Shown here in pieces: positions 38,746 to 46,236 of a stretch of 48,509 nucleotides of DNA. The position numbers and the translations under genes are program-made. A model generated the notes under the pieces. The model was not told the DNA's origin, did no database searches, and saw only the letters and a list, made by a program, of their open reading frames with translations. How positions within the stretch are numbered: the stretch's first letter is position 1; each line of letters opens with the position of its first letter. The DNA comes from a virus. Its lineage: Duplodnaviria > Caudoviricetes. The stretch lies in the IMG/VR virus record IMGVR_UViG_3300045779_000011, positions 1 through 48,509 of that record. One strand, given 5' to 3'.

Positions 38746-38820
38746 TGGTGCGCCCGGGAGGACTCGAACCTCCAATCCTCGCCTTAAAGGGGCGGTGCTT
38801 TGCCATTAAGCTACGAACGC
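38746..38820 (-). tRNA. tRNA-Lys(UUU), atypical C33
   Basis: GCGTTCG acceptor, GCTT/AAGC D stem, anticodon loop CCTTTAA, GGAGG-TTCGAGT-CCTCC T arm, encoded CCA. Confidence 0.88.
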
Positions 38821-38821
38821 T

Positions 38822-38898
38822 TGGTGGGCCTTGAAGGATTTGAACCTCCGACACAGGGATTATGAGTCCCCTGCTCTAACCATCTGAGCTAAAGGCCC
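38822..38898 (-). tRNA. tRNA with CAU anticodon, probably Ile2
   Basis: GGGCCTT acceptor, loop CTCATAA, encoded CCA. G1-C72 paired (not initiator); overall resembles bacterial tRNA-Ile2. Confidence 0.85.
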
Positions 38899-38907
38899 TA
38901 AACTTTT

Positions 38908-39005
38908 GCCGGTACTTTCCCGGCTGTCAGACCAACTTACCGAACTTGAGCACGGCAGGGCTACTTTGCTTCATGGTCATCAGCGGGATTCGACACCCGC
39001 AACAG
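38908..39005 (-). ncRNA. Candidate structured RNA upstream of the tRNAs
   Basis: CTGTT/GACAG closing stem, GCGGG-TGTCGAAT-CCCGC hairpin, GACCA/TGGTC stem, 3' GCCGG-GAAAGTA-CCGGC hairpin. Confidence 0.6.
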
Positions 39006-39224
39006 TTAATCACACCAATTCCAGAACCATTGAAAATATGCATCTCCAGTAATAGCAAACTCTCCTAAAGAAATAAGAGTAATAACTGTTTGCCCCACAG
39101 TAAAACAAATAAGAACAAAAGCACCCGCAACGAGCAGTAGGGGGAGCATAACTGCAAAAACAAACATCCTTAAAGCAACTCTACTAGGAGTCCTATCTGC
39201 TACCAAAGATTCAATGAACTTCAT
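39006..39224 (-). CDS. Membrane protein, holin candidate
   Basis: Hydrophobic 72 aa coupled to the lysozyme gene. Confidence 0.45.
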   Translation of the reverse strand: MKFIESLVADRTPSRVALRMFVFAVMLPLLLVAGAFVLICFTVGQTVITLISLGEFAITGDAYFQWFWNWCD

Positions 39225-39640
39225 ACGTTCTCCTTCTGAAACAAAGCTAGCTCCCGTTTACGGCGGGCCAGCAAAGCAGGTACATCTTTACCGCCTGCTT
39301 TGTCCCACCTAAGAATCTGTTCAGGAATCTGGTCTATTCCGTGGGCTAGAAGCATACGAAGGGAGCCTACTCCCAAATTGAATCCAAAACTAGCCAAAGC
39401 ATCGTGCTGATTCTGGTTTAGGTCTGGGGCTATCCGGGTCAGAACTTCATCCACCTTGGCCACGTCCGCAGCCAAAAGCGCGTATGCTTGCTCCTGTGTG
39501 ATACCCCCAGAGAAATCTTCTCCCGGCAAGATAAGATGCCCTACGCCGATAGTTGGCTTCCCAACAGAATCGAGATAGACCTTTAGTCTGAGTCCTTCTT
39601 GCTCTTCAATAAACTTTAGTCCGTTAGCCGATGTTTTCAT
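39221..39640 (-). CDS. Endolysin, GH24 lysozyme
   Basis: EGLRLKVYLDSVGKPTIGVGH (E-D-T triad), FNLG, RRKRE. Confidence 0.93.
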   Translation of the reverse strand: MKTSANGLKFIEEQEGLRLKVYLDSVGKPTIGVGHLILPGEDFSGGITQEQAYALLAADVAKVDEVLTRIAPDLNQNQHDALASFGFNLGVGSLRMLLAHGIDQIPEQILRWDKAGGKDVPALLARRKRELALFQKENV

Positions 39641-40604
39641 TAATCTTCTCCATCCAGTAGGATTTCGCCCGCTTATTTACTTCCCCCATCACTTCTTTTC
39701 GTGATAGCCCGGAAGCATCAATGGTATCTACTTCCTCTTTTATTACGTCTTGGCCCACGAGTTTTAGGTAGGCCCCGGTATTCTTCATTTTTAATTCTAA
39801 CCCAAGTTCCTTCAAGCTGTCAAGCTTTTTCTCTAGCCTGTGCTCAGTAAGAATAGTGTCCACTAGCTCTTTGATCGAATTCAATTTTTCTACATCTACA
39901 GGGGCCAAAGTTTTTACCTTAGACTCAGAGTGCTTCTCTCCCTTGACCTTGAATTCCAGATCTCGGACGTTAAACGTTGGATGAGGGAGGGGCCACCAAA
40001 CAATTCCCTCCCCTACACCAGAAACCCCATGTGCCTTCCCTACCGGGCATTCGTTCTCTACTGCTTGAGTAAGTTCTACAAGCCTGTTCTGTGCTTCCTC
40101 TGGGTGGTTGAAATCAATAGTAATCTCCCAAGTAGGGTAGTTGTAGATACAATCAAGATTCAATATCCTAGCGGTCGTCTTTACTGTGCTGACACTCGCC
40201 CACCAGCTATCTCCGTTCTCTAGCATTCGAACAGCAAATACAATAAAATTCTTTGGTAGCTGGGAAATAGCTACACCTTTTCGAATGCTCTGTCCACACC
40301 ACTCACCGTATACCACCATATTCCAACCGGAGAAGCTAGCAAACTTTTCCTCGTTATCGTGAACCCACTTAGAGAACCCCGCATTATCGTGTTCTGGATC
40401 AATGACCTGTGTCCTAGACTGTTCGTACTGGCCCTCTACTCCGTTTTCCGGAAAAACTATAGAGGCGTTAGTCCCGTGAAGTTTAACTGAACCAATAAAC
40501 GACACAGTAGGAAGAGGCACACCTAAATGTTCGGCCCGCTTCCTAACCAACTTGATGCAATTCCTAAATTGTCCAATATCAGCAAACGGAATATGCACGT
40601 TCAT
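39624..40604 (-). CDS. RNA ligase, Rnl2-like
   Basis: KLHGTN, QSR, DNAGF, YGEWCG, GEGIVW, FKVKG. Confidence 0.85.
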   Translation of the reverse strand: MNVHIPFADIGQFRNCIKLVRKRAEHLGVPLPTVSFIGSVKLHGTNASIVFPENGVEGQYEQSRTQVIDPEHDNAGFSKWVHDNEEKFASFSGWNMVVYGEWCGQSIRKGVAISQLPKNFIVFAVRMLENGDSWWASVSTVKTTARILNLDCIYNYPTWEITIDFNHPEEAQNRLVELTQAVENECPVGKAHGVSGVGEGIVWWPLPHPTFNVRDLEFKVKGEKHSESKVKTLAPVDVEKLNSIKELVDTILTEHRLEKKLDSLKELGLELKMKNTGAYLKLVGQDVIKEEVDTIDASGLSRKEVMGEVNKRAKSYWMEKINENIG

Positions 40605-40767
40605 CGTCCCTCTCCTGTATGGTCATCGTGCGGATATCCGGTCAAACAAAGACCCCAGACTCCAGCAAGAACAATTATTATAAAGCAAATCCCTAATAGA
40701 TTAGTCAATTCTTCCTCCCATTACTGGCTATGATAACAAACACCAGGATAATACACACAAAAAGCAT
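40601..40767 (-). CDS. Two tandem single-TM micropeptides (40705-40767, 20 aa; 40601-40708, 35 aa)
   Basis: MLFVCIILVFVIIASNGRKN, then TTG-TNLLGICFIIIVLAGVWGLCL... after GGAGG. Confidence 0.45.
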
Positions 40768-40770
40768 TAT

Positions 40771-41004
40771 CTATTCCTGCCCGTGGCCAAAATAGCCGCT
40801 CTCAAACGGATGACCTAAATAATCTTCTTCATCGTCTTCTCTTCCGGTCTGATGATACAAAAAGTTTGTGTGTTGGTGTGTTCTTTTCTCTTGCTCAGAA
40901 GCCTTACACGACTTTGAACAAAATTTGGCCCAACCTCTTTTAACGTCAGCAGATCTAGCCATAAAAGGATCGCCGCAATAAACGCATTTTCTTTGTACTT
41001 TCAT
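40771..41004 (-). CDS. Zinc-finger protein
   Basis: CVYCG..F.....RGWAKFCSKSC. Confidence 0.75.
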   Translation of the reverse strand: MKVQRKCVYCGDPFMARSADVKRGWAKFCSKSCKASEQEKRTHQHTNFLYHQTGREDDEEDYLGHPFESGYFGHGQE

Positions 41005-41009
41005 ATCTT

Positions 41010-41144
41010 TGGTGGAACCTGTTTTTATTCTTCCCGTCCCATAGGGCGTGGTCCCGTGGAAGCTGCTAGTCTGTGATTCGCAGGTACAGAAACCCTGTAA
41101 GGTCCGTGGACATTTACCGGCCGTCTTGGGCCTTCAGGTCATCC
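41010..41144 (-). ncRNA. Candidate structured RNA ending in ACCA
   Basis: 5' GGA(TG)ACCTG pairs with 3' CAGGTTCC followed by ACCA; several internal hairpins; no ORF. Confidence 0.5.
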
Positions 41145-41152
41145 AGCCATCT

Positions 41153-41392
41153 CTAGCAAACAGACAACACGTTTCCGTCAAGGACTACGTAATCCTTCAC
41201 ATACTGCGATGAAGCGGAGTCCAGTTCGTATGTATAAAACTGTCCGCTGTTATCGAAGTATGCTATGGTAAAATTCTTTCCGTTAGGAAGAGAAATACAA
41301 AGGTTAACATCGTTTCCGTCAGGCTCAAGGTAAACTTCTGCGTTTACCCGCTTCTTTTCACGAACAGTAAGTCCCATGTTTCTCCTTTTCAA
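41153..41392 (-). CDS. Hypothetical protein
   Basis: Start probably the ATG (MGLTV) after AGGAG. Confidence 0.65.
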   Translation of the reverse strand: MKRRNMGLTVREKKRVNAEVYLEPDGNDVNLCISLPNGKNFTIAYFDNSGQFYTYELDSASSQYVKDYVVLDGNVLSVC

Positions 41393-42333
41393 TATAATTC
41401 ATCGATAATCTGGCAAAGATAAGCTCCGTTAACTTTTTCCGGGTCCTTATCTTGAAGCCTGTCAATAACCTGGGCGAAATACGCCGCGTCAAGGCCAACC
41501 AACTGTTCTCTCAAAACGTTGAAATCAGTAAGATCGAGAGCAGCCGCTTGCATAATGATTTTCAAGTACTGGCCCGCGTTAATTCGCCACCCACGAGAAA
41601 TAAATTTCCTGGTCCGGATAAGAGAACACACAGGGTATTTGCTACCTACATATCGGAGTTCCTTAGCTAAGATCGCTTCTAGAGCTTCCGGTTTGAGGGT
41701 AAGTGTCTGGTCCCACGATACATAGTGGCACGTCGCATGTACAAAGTCGTAATTCTCGTGAATCTCTTCAGGATTACCGAAGAACCGGATAATCAACTGA
41801 ACCTTATCAGTAAGAGTGATAGCGTTGCTGGTCAAGAACATCGGCCTATACTTAGCCTTGGTTTTTGTTTCGAGGGCCAAAGTTTCCTGCTCCTCGTGAA
41901 CCTTCTCAACATCCTCGGGGTTTGTCAGAATCTCTTGGACGTAATCTTCCCCAGCATCGTCTCCACCGGGAGATGCTTCGAAGTACTCGTAGGGTTTGTC
42001 TGTGCCTTCTGCGCTAGAGATACCAGCACTCTTGGCTACAATCCTGACTCGTCCCTCACTTCCGTCTACGTAGAGGGGAACATCCAAACCCTTGTGCTTG
42101 CGGGGCTTGAATTCCTTAACATAGTGTTGTGCGATAGCGAGAGTTGTTTCGTAGTCCCGGAAATACACATCGTAGTCGTGAGGCTCTTCTCCAGTAAGTA
42201 GAGAAACGATAGCCCCACCAGTTACGATGATCTTGTCCTTCGTCTTCTCACGGAGTTCTTCCGGGAGAGTCTTGAGCCACGAGTCCAGCTTCTTTTTAAT
42301 CGTAGCCCGAATTTCCTTGCTTTTCATGCCCAT
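41389..42333 (-). CDS. Pol-beta superfamily nucleotidyltransferase (GG..DxD head, as in CCA/poly(A) polymerases)
   Basis: IVTGGAIVSLLTGEEPHDYDVYF, NAITL, YDFVH, RKFISRGW. Confidence 0.8.
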   Translation of the reverse strand: MGMKSKEIRATIKKKLDSWLKTLPEELREKTKDKIIVTGGAIVSLLTGEEPHDYDVYFRDYETTLAIAQHYVKEFKPRKHKGLDVPLYVDGSEGRVRIVAKSAGISSAEGTDKPYEYFEASPGGDDAGEDYVQEILTNPEDVEKVHEEQETLALETKTKAKYRPMFLTSNAITLTDKVQLIIRFFGNPEEIHENYDFVHATCHYVSWDQTLTLKPEALEAILAKELRYVGSKYPVCSLIRTRKFISRGWRINAGQYLKIIMQAAALDLTDFNVLREQLVGLDAAYFAQVIDRLQDKDPEKVNGAYLCQIIDELY

Positions 42334-42367
42334 TACTTCCTCTTTTCCATTTACCGGAATTCTTTAT

Positions 42368-42454
42368 TGGTGGATGTTACACGGCTCGAACGTGCATTTT
42401 GTACGCCCCCTTTCGGGCACAGCGCACAATTCTTTCCATTTAGAGGAAACACCC
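42368..42454 (-). ncRNA. tRNA-like RNA without anticodon, encoded CCA
   Basis: GGGTGTT/AACATCC acceptor + ACCA; GCACG-TTCGAGC-CGTGT T arm; GG-containing D loop; anticodon arm replaced by an 8-bp stem plus CCC-GAAA-GGG. Confidence 0.75.
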
Positions 42455-42465
42455 AAAAAATTAAA

Positions 42466-42543
42466 TTGTGCGGTCGGACCTGCTTAGACCGCAACATAGG
42501 CGTGGTTTGCAACCCACGACAGGCACGTTTACAGACCGCACAA
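42466..42543 (-). ncRNA. Structured RNA unit of the array
   Basis: 10-bp terminal stem TTGTGCGGTC/GACCGCACAA; inner CGTGG-GTTGCAAA-CCACG hairpin. Confidence 0.6.
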
Positions 42544-42550
42544 ACTTAAA

Positions 42551-42641
42551 TTACGCCTAGACCTTTTCCCACCGATAGAGTCCAAGGTTTTGGGTCACCA
42601 GAAGTACTATCGTCTACTCTGGATCTTCCTACTAGGCGTAA
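42551..42641 (-). ncRNA. Structured RNA unit of the array
   Basis: 10-bp terminal stem TTACGCCTAG/CTAGGCGTAA; inner CGATAG/CTATCG stem. Confidence 0.6.
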
Positions 42642-42652
42642 ACTCAAACTTT

Positions 42653-42724
42653 AGTGGGGCGGAAGGACTCGAACCTTCGCTGCACCGTCGTGCAACTTCC
42701 TAGACTTGCGGCCCTAACCCCACT
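42653..42724 (-). ncRNA. tRNA-like RNA without anticodon, first unit at predicted +1
   Basis: AGTGGGG/CCCCACT stem; GAAGG-TTCGAGT-CCTTC T arm; TTGCAC-GACG-GTGCAG arm with 4-nt loop. Confidence 0.7.
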
Positions 42725-42760
42725 GTCTTTATACTACCACACAATACTTCAGAAGTCGAG
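42721..42760 (-). promoter_or_regulatory. Promoter, copy 1 of a 40-bp repeat
   Basis: TCGACT-17 bp-TAGTAT; 39/40 identical to 43571-43610. Confidence 0.8.
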
Positions 42761-42762
42761 AA

Positions 42763-42996
42763 CTATTTTGAAGACTTCACCGTAGCCGTTCTCTTGAAAA
42801 AGACAGCGGTAATATAGTTCAGCCAGAGAGCCTTCCAGAATGTTAGCTGGGCGACCCCAAATAAACCACTGATTACTGAAGAAGTAAATAGGTAATTGAC
42901 GATCCACATAGTTGGATATGCCATCAACAGGGAAAGTCCTGCCACAAGAACGAGTGCGAAAACAAAAGCACCTACAGCTACTAAAAACTTATCCAT
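42763..42996 (-). CDS. Small membrane protein
   Basis: ATG after AAGGAG; hydrophobic segments; LTFWKALWL. Confidence 0.7.
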   Translation of the reverse strand: MDKFLVAVGAFVFALVLVAGLSLLMAYPTMWIVNYLFTSSVISGLFGVAQLTFWKALWLNYITAVFFKRTATVKSSK

Positions 42997-43417
42997 AATT
43001 CTCCTTAATGTACGCCGATTTTTCAGCAAGAACGAACTCTAGGGTTAATTCCTCTGGGTCCTCCCCGCCTTTAAAATGTTCTGCCAAGAATCCGCCGCTT
43101 TTTACCCAATTGGCTCTTTTCTCTAAACAAGATTCCAGAAGTTCTCTGGCGGATTCTTCCAGACGTTTTCTAGTTACCGGAATTTCTAATCGCGGAGAGG
43201 TTCTCTCACCCCTCAAGGCAAGCCTAGCTTGTCGCGCCGTAGCGGTCTCACTTAAGAGCAACCTATCGGACGTGCTGATCCAGCGGCTTTCCCAGAACTT
43301 AAAACTTTTACGGACTGCATTTCGACATCCCTGTTTTGTTGGGTAGTTTCTCTCTATCTCGAACTCGGTTGTACACCCTACAACTCCACAGGTAAAAAGT
43401 ATCAGTCGGCTAGCCAC
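42989..43417 (-). CDS. Hypothetical protein
   Basis: GTG start after AAGGTG. Confidence 0.6.
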   Translation of the reverse strand: MASRLILFTCGVVGCTTEFEIERNYPTKQGCRNAVRKSFKFWESRWISTSDRLLLSETATARQARLALRGERTSPRLEIPVTRKRLEESARELLESCLEKRANWVKSGGFLAEHFKGGEDPEELTLEFVLAEKSAYIKENYG

Positions 43418-43574
43418 GCCACCTTTCGGTCGTAACCTTTTGCGCCGGTCCCCGATTGGCCTTAGCTTTTTTGGAGGACGGAGACCTTGTATAGTTCTAG
43501 ATCACAACAAGGCACATTTACTCTAACGGCGCAACTTTGCGAGATGGACTATTTACTCCGCCTCGACTATCACT
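43418..43574 (-). ncRNA. Candidate structured leader/ncRNA
   Basis: TTGCGCCG/CGGCGCAA encloses CCTTGT/ACAAGG and GTCTCCG/CGGGGAC stems; starts at the predicted +1. Confidence 0.55.
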
Positions 43575-43610
43575 GTCTTTATACTACCACACAATACTTC
43601 AGAAGTCAAG
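43571..43610 (-). promoter_or_regulatory. Promoter, copy 2 of the 40-bp repeat
   Basis: TTGACT-17 bp (ends TGTGG)-TAGTAT. Confidence 0.85.
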
Positions 43611-43805
43611 CTTTTTCTTCAGTTCTCCACAAGCAGGGCAGGAGGAGTCAAAATTTCCTGAGTGACAAGACCTTTGGCGGTTTTGGAGGGCCTCCCCACT
43701 TTTATACCTTACTACCTGCTTACGTCGTTCTTGTTGGAAGAAGGGGTTTTCATTTAGCGTGTACAGTTTGAATACAGATAGTCCCGAAGAGTGTCTCATG
43801 TATTT

Positions 43806-43834
43806 AGTAGATCACAGAACTCTCCCTGTGTCAA
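43806..43834 (-). promoter_or_regulatory. Possible promoter
   Basis: TTGACA-17 bp-TCTACT (weak -10); CACAG/CTGTG inverted repeat as at 11.4 kb. Confidence 0.5.
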
Positions 43835-44009
43835 GAACTTTTTGGTAACGGGGCGAAGATATTCCAGTTTTCGGAATACAGGTTTATATATCATACTTGC
43901 CTTCTAAAAGTCAATAGGTTTTCAGATATTTTTCAAAAATCTTGTCAAGGGGCGGGCGGTTTGTAGGTGGTCCAGAATCAAACACATACAAGTGGTTACC
44001 AAAGATTTC

Positions 44010-44038
44010 TTGACAAAAGAAGGCTTCGATGATAGAAT
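44010..44038 (+). promoter_or_regulatory. Rightward sigma70-type promoter
   Basis: TTGACA-17 bp-TAGAAT with extended -10. Confidence 0.85.
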
Positions 44039-44287
44039 GTATTTAGTTAGTTCATTCAATATGGTTTTAGTACATAGAGCTAAGAGCTTCTGTAGGCCAA
44101 GAAACAAAGGTACTGGGCCGGGAAAGAAAAAGAGTTCTATGATATTGATAATTAATTTCCTTTACGTAAGTAAAGGCTAAACAAAGACGCTTGCAAAGCA
44201 AGCAACAGATTTGCTTTTCCTTACGGAAAAGAAAAAACAGTATTTCCAAGAAAAGATTTTTCAGTAAAGATAGGAGAATGGTTTAGG

Positions 44288-44761
44288 ATGTTTGTGTATT
44301 TAATAACGAATAAGGCTACTAAGCAATATTATGTGGGGCAAACTAGAGGGACTGTTGAGAGGAGATGGGAGTCTCACTTAGAGGCCGCAGAGGATATGGA
44401 GAACAGTTATTTGCCTTTATATAGGGCTATGAGAGACTGTGGGTTTGACAACTTTATCGTAGAAACTTTGTGTGAATGTCCTGATCTAGTCTCTCTCAAT
44501 TCTGCTGAAAAATTCTTTATCTGGTTCCTGGCAGCTAATGTAGATGGTTTTGGGTACAATATTTTAGGAGGCGGACAACCTCTCCCAAATCCTCCGTGGT
44601 TTGGTAAGAAAATTCCAGCGACAGAGAGTAAGAAAAGGTTTATTGAGCAAAACTGGACAAAACCTTTCGAGGGAAAAGAGGGATTTGAGAGAAGTCTAGC
44701 GTGCTCTACAGGACGTTCGTGCCGTGGTTGTAAATTTGAAAATAGTAAGGAGTGTAGATAA
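44288..44761 (+). CDS. GIY-YIG endonuclease
   Basis: VYLITN..YYVGQT..RW..H; GYN; similar to 32883..33437. Confidence 0.85.
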   Translation: MFVYLITNKATKQYYVGQTRGTVERRWESHLEAAEDMENSYLPLYRAMRDCGFDNFIVETLCECPDLVSLNSAEKFFIWFLAANVDGFGYNILGGGQPLPNPPWFGKKIPATESKKRFIEQNWTKPFEGKEGFERSLACSTGRSCRGCKFENSKECR

Positions 44762-44762
44762 T

Positions 44763-45038
44763 ATGCCGTTCCCTAAGCACGAACCTGATCCCAACATCCC
44801 TCCCCCAAAGAAGAGGGTGAAGTCTGCTATTAATAGACTCCTAACAGTAGCCCTCGACTTAGCAGAGAACGTTAATCTAGGAGAAGCCCAACGTCTGCAA
44901 GCTGCCCGTCTTGGCGCAGATATCTGGGATAAAAGGCCGCGTCCTCGACGTAAGTCAGACAAAGAAAAATTACTTATTTCAGCTTTGTCTGGTGCTAAGG
45001 GCAAACAAAAAAGGCCCAGTCCGAAGACCGAGCCTTAG
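44763..45038 (+). CDS. Small basic helical protein
   Basis: ATG at 44763 after AAGGAG; Lys/Arg/Pro-rich. Confidence 0.65.
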   Translation: MPFPKHEPDPNIPPPKKRVKSAINRLLTVALDLAENVNLGEAQRLQAARLGADIWDKRPRPRRKSDKEKLLISALSGAKGKQKRPSPKTEP

Positions 45039-45053
45039 TTCCGTTTTCCGGAA
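45039..45053. promoter_or_regulatory. Type copy of the dispersed palindrome TTCCG-N5-CGGAA
   Basis: Forms the entire gap between two convergent stop codons; many other copies in the window. Confidence 0.75.
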
Positions 45054-45671
45054 TTACTTTCTGAGTCCTTGTTTTCTTTCTTCTTCCAACTCCTCTTTGA
45101 GTTGCTTCCAGAAAGGCTCAAGGTTTACTCGAATTTTTCCTGCCCACCAAGATATGGGACCAGACTCTAGGATTGCTTTGTTTAGCTCTTCCACTTTTAC
45201 TGCAACTTCTTCTGGTAGTTCCCCGTCTCCGTCGTCTGGTAGCTCATCACACCAAGTATCGTACCCTATCGTGTGCAGTTTTTCAGGTTTGCACTTCACC
45301 ACCTCTATTACTGGTACTTCATTCTCTCCACAAGACTCTAACTGCTCGTAAAGATACTCTATTAGGTCGTCTTCGTCCCAAAAGAAAGTATCGTCGTCCC
45401 ACAAACAGACAGGTTCAGTTCCGTCCCAATCTTCTTCAGGTAGGGCGAGGAATTGTTCCTGTCTTTTCTTTTGGTGGCAGGCATGACAGTAGGATCTGTT
45501 TTCATACACCGTACCGCATTTTTCACAGGTTCGGTGGGTACACCCGCACCATCGGGCCATGTGCTCGTCCTGACCCCAATACTGGCCCGTCCTGGATACC
45601 CACCCACTCAGTCCGGTCTTGAATTCTGCGGCTTCCGTACTGTCATACATTACGATCTTCTCTTCTACCAC
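45054..45671 (-). CDS. Conserved-looking phage hypothetical protein
   Basis: GWVSR.G..WG.DEH.ARW.GCTH..C..CG...C..C. Confidence 0.75.
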   Translation of the reverse strand: MVEEKIVMYDSTEAAEFKTGLSGWVSRTGQYWGQDEHMARWCGCTHRTCEKCGTVYENRSYCHACHQKKRQEQFLALPEEDWDGTEPVCLWDDDTFFWDEDDLIEYLYEQLESCGENEVPVIEVVKCKPEKLHTIGYDTWCDELPDDGDGELPEEVAVKVEELNKAILESGPISWWAGKIRVNLEPFWKQLKEELEEERKQGLRK

Positions 45672-45886
45672 CCCTCTTCCTCCCTTTCATACTCTTCCAA
45701 AAGTATACACCTATCACAAGGTTCCGAGATACCGCCATCACAGTAATCACAGGGCCAGTCTTCCGGGTCGTCCATATCGTCCCACCTACCTGTGTGGAGG
45801 TAGCCCCGCCCATTACAGGAACTACAGATAACACAGGTACATTCTTCTGATTCCAGTTTCCGGACCCAATCAGGCTTATAGGTCAT
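45665..45886 (-). CDS. Cys-rich (DnaJ-type CxxCxGxG) protein
   Basis: CSSCNGRG, CDYCDGG, CDRC. Confidence 0.7.
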   Translation of the reverse strand: MTYKPDWVRKLESEECTCVICSSCNGRGYLHTGRWDDMDDPEDWPCDYCDGGISEPCDRCILLEEYEREEEGW

Positions 45887-45982
45887 GCTGGCAACCCTCC
45901 ATCCTCGTTATATCATCGTCTGTACAAGCCCACAGGAGTACGCAAAAGCATATTCCTACAAAGCACCACCACAACATATCAC

Positions 45983-46177
45983 TCATACTTCCTCCTCCCC
46001 ATCTACCACACATTTTGTTGGCGGTGTGTTGTATATAGTGGTTGAACACCCTTCCTCGTGGTATAACTCACAATCCACTCTGTCCCAACAACTTTCACAG
46101 AAGTCTTTCGTGGTTTCGTCACACATGAAGTAGATATTTTCTTCTTCAAGGTCTTTACCACACACAGAACAAGTCAT
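45983..46177 (-). CDS. Cys-rich small protein
   Basis: ATG at 46177 after AAGGAG; CSVCG..C..FCESC. Confidence 0.7.
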   Translation of the reverse strand: MTCSVCGKDLEEENIYFMCDETTKDFCESCWDRVDCELYHEEGCSTTIYNTPPTKCVVDGEEEV

Positions 46178-46236
46178 AAATTCTCCTTTGGTTGCCGGTC
46201 CTTTTTTAGGGGACCGGCTTTTCCGGTAAATGGAAT

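Noticed and set aside
38746-38820. Ochre suppressor (UUA) reading and stop-codon recoding
   Set aside because: Stem pairing centres the loop on UUU; core genes are intact in code 11 and end in all three stops.
38908-39005. Hammerhead ribozyme (CTGATGA and GAAA present)
   Set aside because: GAAA lies in a separate hairpin loop; stems II and III cannot be built around the core.
43599-43799. 66-aa ORF behind the weak promoter
   Set aside because: No RBS and no motif except one CxxC; possible leaderless gene but unsupported.
44763-45038. Terminase small subunit
   Set aside because: Size and charge fit, but no recognisable motif and no adjacent large subunit.
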